A stretch of DNA of 64,000 bases, taken from an uncultured Candidatus Bathyarchaeia archaeon (lineage in GTDB: Archaea; Thermoproteota; Bathyarchaeia; Bathyarchaeales; Bathyarchaeaceae). The first letter of the stretch is position 1; each line of letters opens with the position of its first letter. Below, piece by piece: positions 18,634-27,000 of this stretch. Below the pieces are notes generated by a model. That model saw only the letters and a list, made by a program, of their open reading frames with translations. It had not been told where the DNA came from and did not search any database. Location of the stretch: positions 166,795 to 230,794 of the forward strand of contig CAZZLD010000002.1 in assembly GCA_964655075.1 (NCBI GenBank), read 5' to 3'. The position numbers and the translations under genes are program-made.

Positions 18634-18873
18634 TTGGAGGCTGAAATCACTCTAACGTGCAGAAGCGCCAGAGAGGCTGAAGCCGTCGCTAAGGCGGTTT
18701 CGCCTGACAACCTGAAGACACCTCCGGGTTTAACCGTAAAAACCGAGAGAAGAGGCTCCAGCGTGGTTACGTGGGTGAAGTGCGAAAGAAAGCTGGAGAG
18801 CCTCATCGCTACGCTTGACGACCTGTTGATGGCGGTTCAAGTGGCGGAAAAAGCGATCAACACCACGAAATAA
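18634..18873 (+). CDS. pcc1: KEOPS complex subunit Pcc1
   Basis: 79 aa, TTG start. The pattern EAEAVAKAVSPDN...V......L.V...C.....SLIATLDDLLMAVQVAEKAI is typical of archaeal Pcc1/CTAG-family proteins. Confidence 0.65.
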   Translation: MEAEITLTCRSAREAEAVAKAVSPDNLKTPPGLTVKTERRGSSVVTWVKCERKLESLIATLDDLLMAVQVAEKAINTTK

Positions 18874-19013
18874 GAAATGTAAAAAGCATGTGCGCCACTC
18901 GACGTCTTCGTATAGAAGCGGTCTATCAAAGGTCCTTTTGAGACAGGGTTGTGAAGGTGGTTTCTAGTCTTTCATGGTTGAAGACTGTCTCATCGCAGAA
19001 ACAGCTCTTCTAT

Positions 19014-19211
19014 TTAGAGGATGAGAAGGTCTTCGGTGGGGACGTAGGTAACTATAATTTCCTTATTGGGATGTCTCTTTTCTAGCTCATCGATTTTCTT
19101 GTAAAGCTTCTTTCCAGAAGCTACAACCTTTCCATCCATGACTGCAACGTATTGCCCGACGTACTTCCTCATTTCTTTCAAACTAATCTGGTAACTAGCC
19201 ATTGTCTCCAC
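19014..19211 (-). CDS. DUF5678-like small protein
   Basis: 65 aa. KYVGQYVAVMDGKVVASGKKL..., a beta-rich small fold common as orphan or antitoxin-like archaeal proteins, recalled from memory. Confidence 0.5.
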   Translation of the reverse strand: METMASYQISLKEMRKYVGQYVAVMDGKVVASGKKLYKKIDELEKRHPNKEIIVTYVPTEDLLIL

Positions 19212-19288
19212 AGCAGCATCCCTCCATTAACACTTAATCTGAGAAGCATTTAAACACCTCCCATAATCTTCCATTAAGATAACTGCAC

Positions 19289-19999
19289 TCAGTCTTCCAG
19301 TTCAACTGTTGTCTTCTTAAAGGGAGTTATCTGCTTACCACCCATCGACTCCGCTGTCTTAACTATAAACGGATCGATTTCTTTCTCCATTTCTCGAGTT
19401 TTTCTGTAGTAAGAAAGTGAAGGTCGACCAGACATACCTACACGAATTGCGAGCGGAATGATTATCATTAAACTTAGAAATATTGCTCCTAAAACGCCTA
19501 GTGATTCACGGAATGCTACAGCGATGCTGAACAATACTATTGACCACACCAAAAACCCCAAAATAAATAACCATCCAACATCAGATGACCCTAATTTTTC
19601 GGAGCTTGGTGCATAGTAGTAACCGAACCTGAGATCATTGCCTTGCGTTTCAGCTCGTAACGCTAATTTCCCATTTTTATCAGATACGAGCATGGCATTG
19701 GCTCCTACCATATTATATTTTATCAGCTCTTCAAGATAGCTCCCAAATGATTTGCTGATAGCATCTTTTAACCCCAACGATGGCGTAAATGGTTCAATCG
19801 GTGCAGACCTCCTAAATCCCTCAGCTTCCATCTCTTGAACTATTTTTTCTAGAAATTCATCTTTTCTTGAACCTAGACCTTCAAGTGTGCATGTATGATA
19901 GTTTTTCCCGAGGACCGGTTTCTTGCTCATCTGTTCTATCAATCCCCTCATATTACAAAAAATATTATTATAAGTATTATTAAAACAACTATATTCCAC
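19289..19999 (-). CDS. hypothetical membrane protein (soluble N-domain plus 2-3 TM helices)
   Basis: TM segments WLFILGFLVWSIVLFSIAVAF and LGAIFLSLMIIIPLAI. The likely real start is MSKKPV at 19930. Confidence 0.6.
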   Translation of the reverse strand: MEYSCFNNTYNNIFCNMRGLIEQMSKKPVLGKNYHTCTLEGLGSRKDEFLEKIVQEMEAEGFRRSAPIEPFTPSLGLKDAISKSFGSYLEELIKYNMVGANAMLVSDKNGKLALRAETQGNDLRFGYYYAPSSEKLGSSDVGWLFILGFLVWSIVLFSIAVAFRESLGVLGAIFLSLMIIIPLAIRVGMSGRPSLSYYRKTREMEKEIDPFIVKTAESMGGKQITPFKKTTVELED

Positions 20000-20504
20000 A
20001 GCCCAAACAAAAAACGAATAATCCCATAGATAGTTTCGCCAAGATCCTTCAAATATTACTGACAGGAGTCTAATTTGGTAATACCAGAAATACGCAACAA
20101 AACTATTATTTTGCCCGTCACACGACGATAGTCAATGCTGTTTGCGCTGTTTTTTAAGGGTGGAGCCACCGAAGTTGGATCCAGTATTCGCCCGCGTTGC
20201 GCCTACGGTTTTCGTCATGTCCGATTTGGAGATGATGTTTAAATACTGTTTAGAACAATCGTAGTAACTGTTGGGGAACAGGCGGGAAAGGAGAAGGGCG
20301 CGTTTATCCCTCCTCTCAAAATGGGGAGAAGAAGGCAGACAACGGGGAAAGGCTGGCCAAGAATAAAACTTGACGCGGCACATGTGTCTGCTCTGTTCTT
20401 ACCCCCGCTTCTACCTTTTACCCTCGCCTAAATTCTAAGCTTTATGAACCACCAAACAGTATTAACAGAGAGAAATAGAAGTTAAGGTTCCTTTTTGTAT
20501 TAGT

Positions 20505-20726
20505 CTAAGCTTGTTGTAGAGGGTCTCTCTTAGTCATTTTAAGAAGTTTCCATTTGCCAAAAAAACTTTGTTTGTAAAAGTGAAGCAATCCGCATTTTTG
20601 GCATTTCATAATCTTAGTATTTTTCTTTTTGTCTATTTCATACAATTCAAGAGGACCAGCACAATCGACACATTTTCCAGTATATTTTCTTTCTTTTACT
20701 TGAGTCATTCTCGATACCAACCGCAT
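20505..20726 (-). CDS. small zinc-ribbon protein
   Basis: CVDCAGP...(19 aa)...CQKCG forms a four-Cys ribbon. The track ORF extends to 20816 and overlaps the recJ-like 3' end, so the internal Met at 20726 (or 20708) is preferred. Confidence 0.45.
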   Translation of the reverse strand: MRLVSRMTQVKERKYTGKCVDCAGPLELYEIDKKKNTKIMKCQKCGLLHFYKQSFFGKWKLLKMTKRDPLQQA

Positions 20727-20802
20727 ATTTTTGACTAACGATATAAAATGCTTTTGGGGGCATATAGAATAAACCACAAACATGCTGGCTGTCGAGCTTA
20801 AG

Positions 20803-22248
20803 TTAGCTCTGTCCACCTAATTGTTTTCCGACGCGTTCGTTTACGAGTTTGATGAAGGCTTCTGTTTCGGGGATGGGCACCTGAGCGCCTGAGGCAACGT
20901 CGTGTCCTCCTCCTTGGCCTTCGAACTTTTCAGCCGCCTTCAGCATGATCTCCCCTAGGTCAATGGTTTTGCCTTCCGGCATGTTTGGAGCCCTCGCCGA
21001 GAACTTAGTTACGCCTTCCTTGGGAATAGTAGCGTAGGCTAAGAGCGGCTTTTCCGGTTTAGGCATGCTCATGGACAGAATAGTGGCTATGGCGCTGACC
21101 ACCTTGTCATCGATGAACTCTCCGCCGTGCACCACATAGATGTTCTCCAGCTCTTCAATGCGCCCCGGCTTTTCCGTCAACCAACTCATATACTGCGTTA
21201 TAGTGCGCCTGTACGCCTCCAAAGCCTCGCTAGCCTGCTCAAACGCAGCACCCCGATCACCCAAGCACAACGCGACGCCGAGACCCGGCTTATCCATGCG
21301 CCCCGTAGCGTTAAGCAGAGAAGCAAACTCGCGAGCGTCCCTAAGCGGCGTCCTAGCCTCCTCGCGAACCAACGTGTAAACGTTCCCGATGAGGTTTAGG
21401 GCAACTTTCCCCGCGAAGCCCTTCGACGTAAGATAGTTAGCGAGGGCGGAAAACAACTCCTGCTTCTCCTTTTCAGACAGGTCCCGCAAAGCCCGCCACT
21501 TCTCCTTCTTCTTAGGCGCAATCTTCAAGCTCGTGAGAAACGCTAAGCTCTTATCCTCCTCCCCACTTATGCCAGGAATAAAAGGATCAGTCGTGTAAGA
21601 CAACGCCTTATGAATCGGACGAGTCTCCCTCCCGAAGAAAAGCAGGTCAGTTTCAACTTTGAGGAAACCCGCCTTAACCGCGTCCTCAGCGATTTCTCCG
21701 TTAACCCCGCCTAAACCCCTCTGACCATACTTGTCCTGAACATCACCAAGGGCGCCAACAACCGCAAGATAAGCCAAATCCACGTTCTTCTCATCTAAAG
21801 CCTTCGCGGCGAGGTAGGCGACACCAGCTCCACTGAGGTCTCGAGACCCGTCGATCCCGTGAAGATGCGGGTTAACCTGCGTCAAGTTTGAACTAGCTTC
21901 ACCCACGGGCTGATGATGGTCCAAGACAACCACAGGAAAATTAGACAGCCCTTCGCCGAGCAGGCCCAAGTAGCCGCTTCCCATGTCCGTGAAAACAACC
22001 AAAGACGGTTTCTCCGCGGCAATCGCCTTCACCAGCCGATCGTCCATCCACCTTTCGATTCTTATGCGCAAGGTTGCGCCTGACCTGAAGAGGACCTTTC
22101 CTATGATGCCTGCTGCGGTTAAACCGTCCGCGTCCAAGTGGGAAATAACCTGAACGGTTCCCCCCTCGGTTGCATGCTCTAAAATTACCTCAGCAGCCTC
22201 AGAGGCGCTCTTCAGCAACCCGTTAAGCTGCTCCTTCTTCACCGACAT
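20803..22248 (-). CDS. archaeal RecJ/Cdc45-like DHH-family phosphoesterase (GAN/RecJ homologue)
   Basis: DHH motifs VISHLDADGLTAAG, DHH-like VVLDHHQP and GVAY. DHHA1 motif GQGGGHDVASGAQ. Start chosen at MSVKKEQ (22248), 9 nt downstream of the rps15 stop. Confidence 0.85.
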   Translation of the reverse strand: MSVKKEQLNGLLKSASEAAEVILEHATEGGTVQVISHLDADGLTAAGIIGKVLFRSGATLRIRIERWMDDRLVKAIAAEKPSLVVFTDMGSGYLGLLGEGLSNFPVVVLDHHQPVGEASSNLTQVNPHLHGIDGSRDLSGAGVAYLAAKALDEKNVDLAYLAVVGALGDVQDKYGQRGLGGVNGEIAEDAVKAGFLKVETDLLFFGRETRPIHKALSYTTDPFIPGISGEEDKSLAFLTSLKIAPKKKEKWRALRDLSEKEKQELFSALANYLTSKGFAGKVALNLIGNVYTLVREEARTPLRDAREFASLLNATGRMDKPGLGVALCLGDRGAAFEQASEALEAYRRTITQYMSWLTEKPGRIEELENIYVVHGGEFIDDKVVSAIATILSMSMPKPEKPLLAYATIPKEGVTKFSARAPNMPEGKTIDLGEIMLKAAEKFEGQGGGHDVASGAQVPIPETEAFIKLVNERVGKQLGGQS

Positions 22249-22256
22249 GAGAACCA

Positions 22257-22697
22257 CTATGTGAGGGAGGCAGCTTTCACGTCGAACTTCCAATCGGGCG
22301 GCAACATGCCCTTGCGCTTGTAGTACCTCGCCAACCGATGGATTTTAGCTTCGATGACTTGGGTAGCCCGCTTATTGTGCAGGTCTCCCTTGTTCTTCTC
22401 CAAGTGAACGTGTAGGCGTGAAGCCTTCTTTAGAAGCTGGTCCAAGTCTTCGGGGATGGGCGGCGTTATACCCGCTTCCTTCAAAACTTGAGCTATGGAC
22501 TTTCCTACGATGGGTTTAGCCAAGGGGACGCCGTGCTGGTCGCGCAGGATAACTCCGATGCTGCTTGTTGAATGCCCCTCCTTGCCGAGCTTAACGATTA
22601 TGGCTTCAACTTCCTCCGGCTTGTACCTACACCACGCTGGAGGACGCTTAGTAACCGGCCGCATAGACTGGGACCTTCCCTTACTCCCCTTTGGCAA
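22257..22697 (-). CDS. rps15: 30S ribosomal protein S15 (uS15, S13e type)
   Basis: PAWCRYKPEEVEAIIVKLGKEGHSTSSIGVILRDQHGVP... and HLEKNKGDLHNKRATQVIEAKIHRLARYYK. Confidence 0.92.
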   Translation of the reverse strand: MPKGSKGRSQSMRPVTKRPPAWCRYKPEEVEAIIVKLGKEGHSTSSIGVILRDQHGVPLAKPIVGKSIAQVLKEAGITPPIPEDLDQLLKKASRLHVHLEKNKGDLHNKRATQVIEAKIHRLARYYKRKGMLPPDWKFDVKAASLT

Positions 22698-22741
22698 CGT
22701 ATTTCCTCCAGAGACTCTTTATGAGCAACCCACCCGCATAT

Positions 22742-23344
22742 TTAAAACCTTCGTCGAAAGGCTGAAACGTACCATCTGGCGAACTTCCTGAAGGCTTTAG
22801 CCCGATGAGAGTGCTCATTCTTCTCTTCGATCGACATCTCCGCAAAAGTTTTACCGTTGCCGCTCAGAGGCTCGAAAATGGGGTCGAAACCGAAGCCTGA
22901 GCTACCGCGCTCTTCTTGAGAAATCCTCCCTTCAGCTTTTCCTTCAAAACACTCCAGAACGCCCTTCAGGTCGCAGTAAGCAACGATAGAGCGGAAATAG
23001 GCGTTTCGCTGGCTGGTGTCCCTCATGAGCTTAAGGACTCCCTTTGTTCCTACGGTTCGGTAAACATATTTGGAGTAAGGACCAGGGAAACCGTCTAACG
23101 CAGGTATGAAGAGCCCAGTGTCTTCCACGATGACTGGCAGCCGAGTTTTTTCAGCGGCTTCTCGGGCGCTGGCTCTGGCAATGTTCTCTATGTCGTCGTC
23201 CTGCAGCTCATCGACTGCAACCCGCAGGAGGGCGGCAGCAATCCCGTATTCGGCAAAAACTAGGCGCGCCTCCCTGAACTTGTGAACGTTACTCGTCACG
23301 AAGAAGGCTACCTTGCCCCTCGTAAAACCTGTTTTAAGCGTCAA
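22742..23344 (-). CDS. non-canonical purine NTP pyrophosphatase (HAM1/RdgB family, XTP/dITPase)
   Basis: FFVTSNVHKFREA, VEDTGLFIPALDGFPGPYS, GFGFDPIFEP and FAEMSIEEKNEHSHRAKAF. Confidence 0.9.
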   Translation of the reverse strand: MTLKTGFTRGKVAFFVTSNVHKFREARLVFAEYGIAAALLRVAVDELQDDDIENIARASAREAAEKTRLPVIVEDTGLFIPALDGFPGPYSKYVYRTVGTKGVLKLMRDTSQRNAYFRSIVAYCDLKGVLECFEGKAEGRISQEERGSSGFGFDPIFEPLSGNGKTFAEMSIEEKNEHSHRAKAFRKFARWYVSAFRRRF

Positions 23345-23499
23345 CCCTCATCTTCTCTTCCTCTTTAAGCGTGCTCCTAAGTAAAATCTTTCGCTCAATG
23401 CAGGTAAGCTGGATATGTAATGCCTTTTTTTAATCTGGATTGTCGGTCGAGAACCCTTAAATTGTTTAACTGTTTAAACTTTCAGAACGCTTAGCCAAG

Positions 23500-23985
23500 T
23501 TGCAGGTTTCATGCATGCTAGGTGAAAGCTTCATCGCCATGATTGTTTCTGCGTTTCTGTCAGCGTCAGGACTGCCCGTAACAGCGAACGGAAACATCAT
23601 TTACGTAGCCTCTCTGGACCACACTTTCATCGTCACGCTGTCATGCACCCAGTGGGTCGGAATATTCCTCGAAACATTCACCTATCTACTTGTAGTTTGG
23701 GTTTACATCTCCGCAAAGGGCATCGTCACCGGAAGGCGAACCTACGTGGCTCTAGGCATAGCCGGTTTTGTCGGCTTCTTCTTCGCGAACATCATGAGAA
23801 TGTTCCTGGAAATTTATCTTTTAGCCAAAGTTTACAGTCCAGCCTATCAGGTTTACCTCCTGAACTGGCAGGCTTTCGAAGAACAAATTGGAATCAGCCT
23901 GATGTTCGCCATGTTCTTTACGTTGCTGTTGTCGTCGTACACTTTGCTCAGAAGGCGAACTGCAAAACTCCCGTTTTTTTACTAG
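23500..23985 (+). CDS. short polytopic membrane protein with exosortase/archaeosortase-family-like layout
   Basis: LSASGLPVTANGNIIYVASLDHTFIVTLSCTQWVG fits the family pattern (G.P....GN.I......V...C.G). About 50 aa later, FANIMRMF fits the N..R motif. 161 aa with about 5 TM helices. The usual downstream His is not evident. TTG start; ATG at 23515. Confidence 0.5.
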   Translation: MQVSCMLGESFIAMIVSAFLSASGLPVTANGNIIYVASLDHTFIVTLSCTQWVGIFLETFTYLLVVWVYISAKGIVTGRRTYVALGIAGFVGFFFANIMRMFLEIYLLAKVYSPAYQVYLLNWQAFEEQIGISLMFAMFFTLLLSSYTLLRRRTAKLPFFY

Positions 23986-24046
23986 CCAACAGCCTTTCCA
24001 AGAAAAGAAGGAGAGACGAGGGAAAGGGAGGCTTCTGCTTTTCAAG

Positions 24047-27000
24047 CTACAATGTGGGTGCCTTTCGTCTTCTGAGAAGCAGAATTACAGCGGCGATGGC
24101 GAAAATCGCGGCTATGGCTGACAGTATCGATCCGACTGGTACGCTGAGTGTAGTTGTTGGTGTAGACGGCAGCTTGTCTTTAACGTCAGCTAGGTCTACT
24201 TTTACGTCGCCTAGGTCCGTCTTAATGGTAACGATGTCTCCTTGAATGTCTTCTATGGTTCCCTCAAGGTCGCCCAAGCTCGTGTTAAGCGTAACTGTTG
24301 TTCCGTTGATGTTTGTCACGGTCAGATTGATGCTGTCGATGCTGGTTTTGATGATGCCTAAATCAGTTTTAATCGTAACAAAGCTGTCCTCAAAGGCGCT
24401 GATCGTGGCATTTATGTCAGATACGCTAACCGTGATCTCGCCCAAGTCTGATTTGATGTTGGCGATTCTGCCCTCGATGGCTATAACCGTGGCATTTATC
24501 AATTCAGCGTCAACTTTGATGGTGCCCAAGTCCGTTTCAATGGTAACTATCTTTCCTTCTATGCTCTGCAGCTTGGCGTTTATACCATCTAGGGATATCT
24601 GAAATGTTGCAATGTCGGTCTCGATCGTGGCTACGTCGCCGTGAATCTCTACTAACCACGCGTTCCAGTTTGTCAAGGTTGAGCTCAGCAAGAAGGCTTT
24701 CATAGATACTCCGTTGAGGCTGAAATAGCCTGCTTCGGCAACGAGCGTGTAAGTGCCAGTGGAAGCATCCAAAGATATGTTGTAGGGCACTCGGTATAGC
24801 CCCGTAGCAACGTGCTCCACGGACGAACTCAAGTCCGCGTGCAAGGCATCGCCGTAATAGAGCAGGGCGCTGATGTTTGCGTTAACGGGCCTTCCGAGAC
24901 ATGAAACTAGGATGTAGAATTCGGCCATCTCACCCCTGAAATGTATGGAACCTACGTCAACCAAGACGTTCAATTCGGTGCGTTCTACAGTAACTGCGGC
25001 TGTGGCGACAGCGGTTAAGCCGTCAGGGTCAGTAACTGTTAAAGTCACATTGTAGTCGCCAGCATAGCCGTACCTGTGATGAACCACAGGGTCTGACACT
25101 GTTGTTATGTTTCCGTCGCCGAAGTCCCAAGTGTAACTAACGATGGTTTCGTCAGGATCGTAGGAGGATGAAGCGTCAAGCGTCACGGGTTCAGTGACAA
25201 AAGGATCATCAGGCGAATAGTTGAAGGAAGCGATGGGATGCACTCCGAAGTGAATGTTCGTGTCAGCCAACATTATGATGTAGTAGTGGTAACTGGATGG
25301 TTTTTCCAAGCTGAACAATAATCCGGAAAGCTTATCGTAGTAGTACGTATATCCGGTGGGTTCCTGATGCAGTTCCCAGCAGTCCACCAGGTAGCCACTG
25401 AAATTTATAATTCGGCTTCCAACCACCGTCGCTACGCCGTTATAAATGTTTATGGTTGAGCCGAGGGTGATGTCGGTCTGTATCCAGCCGATGAACCATG
25501 TGCAATTCCAAAAGCCGCTAACAACCTTCCTGTTCGTGATGTTGACAACCATCCAAACGGCCGGATCAACCTGAGCGGGTTGCCAAGGTATAAATGTATA
25601 CCGAAATGTAACGTTGATCAGGTCAGGCGAAATATAATGGTCATAGGTGAAGTCCCATCCGTCTACAAGATATTTTTGACCAACCCAGACGTCGAAGTAA
25701 TATATCCGATAGTTTGCATACTGTCCCTCAATCGGATGAATTATTGGACGCTTCGGAGGTACAATCGTTATCCCTTTTGACGTGGTATTCCAGAGCCCTT
25801 GGCTGTCTGTGACGTTCAGGACTACGATGTAGGCGCCCTCAAGGGTGTAAGTGTGATAAACGATCGGAACCATGACTGTTGTTGTGTTGCCGTCTCCGAA
25901 ATCCCAAGTGTAACTAACGATGGTTCCGCCTTCGGGTGTTGAAGCTGAGGCGTTAAAAGTCACAGTGCCATTCACGGACGGGTAAGACGGAGAATAAGTA
26001 AAACGAGCCACGGGAGGTACAAGGGGAGAGTAAACCGTTATGTCCTGTGAAACGCTGGCGGACGTTAAGCCCTGAGCAATGAGCACAGGGTCGTCTTCGC
26101 AGGTGACGGTTAGGTTCACGGGATAAGTGGTAATCGCCGTGTAAGTGTGATAAATAATTGGAACCATGACCGTTGTGGTGTTTCCGTCTCCGAAGTCCCA
26201 CCTGTAGGTGGCTATGGGCACGTCGTGGGTGCCGTTCCAACCAGGCAACGAGCCTGAAGCGTCGAAAGTCACAGTTTCACCTGCCTTTGGAGCTAGTGGG
26301 TAGTAGGTGAAGTCAGCCGTAGGACCATAGGGCGGAGAAATAACCACGTAAACATAATATTCCCCAGCGTTATCCTCTACAGCCACGTTGTTAGAAGTGT
26401 CGTAGGCAATGATCTTGTACCACACGGTGGTTGCTGCCGGAAACCCGGGGATACCTCCTTCATAAGTATCCCCAGTTGTCAGGCTCATAGTTACGTTTTC
26501 CCAAGTGGCGCCCGTATCGTTGCTGTAGCTTAATATAACATTTTGAACCGCAACATTGTCAGTTACATTTACTGAAACGGTAACCGCCTGATCAGGCGTC
26601 ACCTCAGTCGGTCCCGGATTCTGCGTGGGAGTGCCAATGATTGGGGGTGTTGCTTCGTAAACTGTTATTTCCTGCCCGGTACTGTTGGACGTTAAGCCTT
26701 GGGCTATGAGCACAGGATCGTCTTGGCATGTTACTGTTAAGTTCACCGTATAGGTACCCTCCGCCGAGTAGGCGTGATAAATTGAGGGGTCAGTAACTAT
26801 TGTTGTGTTTCCGTCGCCAAAATCCCAAGTGTAGTTAGCTATAGGCACGTCGTGGGTGCCGTTGAAACCCGCTAATGACGTTGAAGCGTCGAAAGTTACT
26901 ATGCTGTTCACGCGGGGGCTCGGCGGCGAATACGTGAACTTCGCCTTAGGGGGCGCAGGTGCCGAGTAAACCGTTATGTCCTGTGAAACGCTGGCGGATG

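Noticed and set aside
20132-20383. 83-aa minus-strand ORF and purine-rich sequence, considered as a gene or a structured RNA (SRP or RNase P RNA)
   Set aside because: The translation is not protein-like. I could not find conserved SRP or RNase P RNA motifs, or convincing long-range helices, by eye. It is left as unexplained spacer.
23643-24245. 200-aa plus-strand ORF overlapping both the archaeosortase-like gene and the 3' end of the giant surface protein gene
   Set aside because: It is out of frame with 23500..23985 and antisense to 24047..27814. Its Arg/Ser/Pro-rich composition is typical of a shadow frame, and the two overlapped genes have clear protein features.
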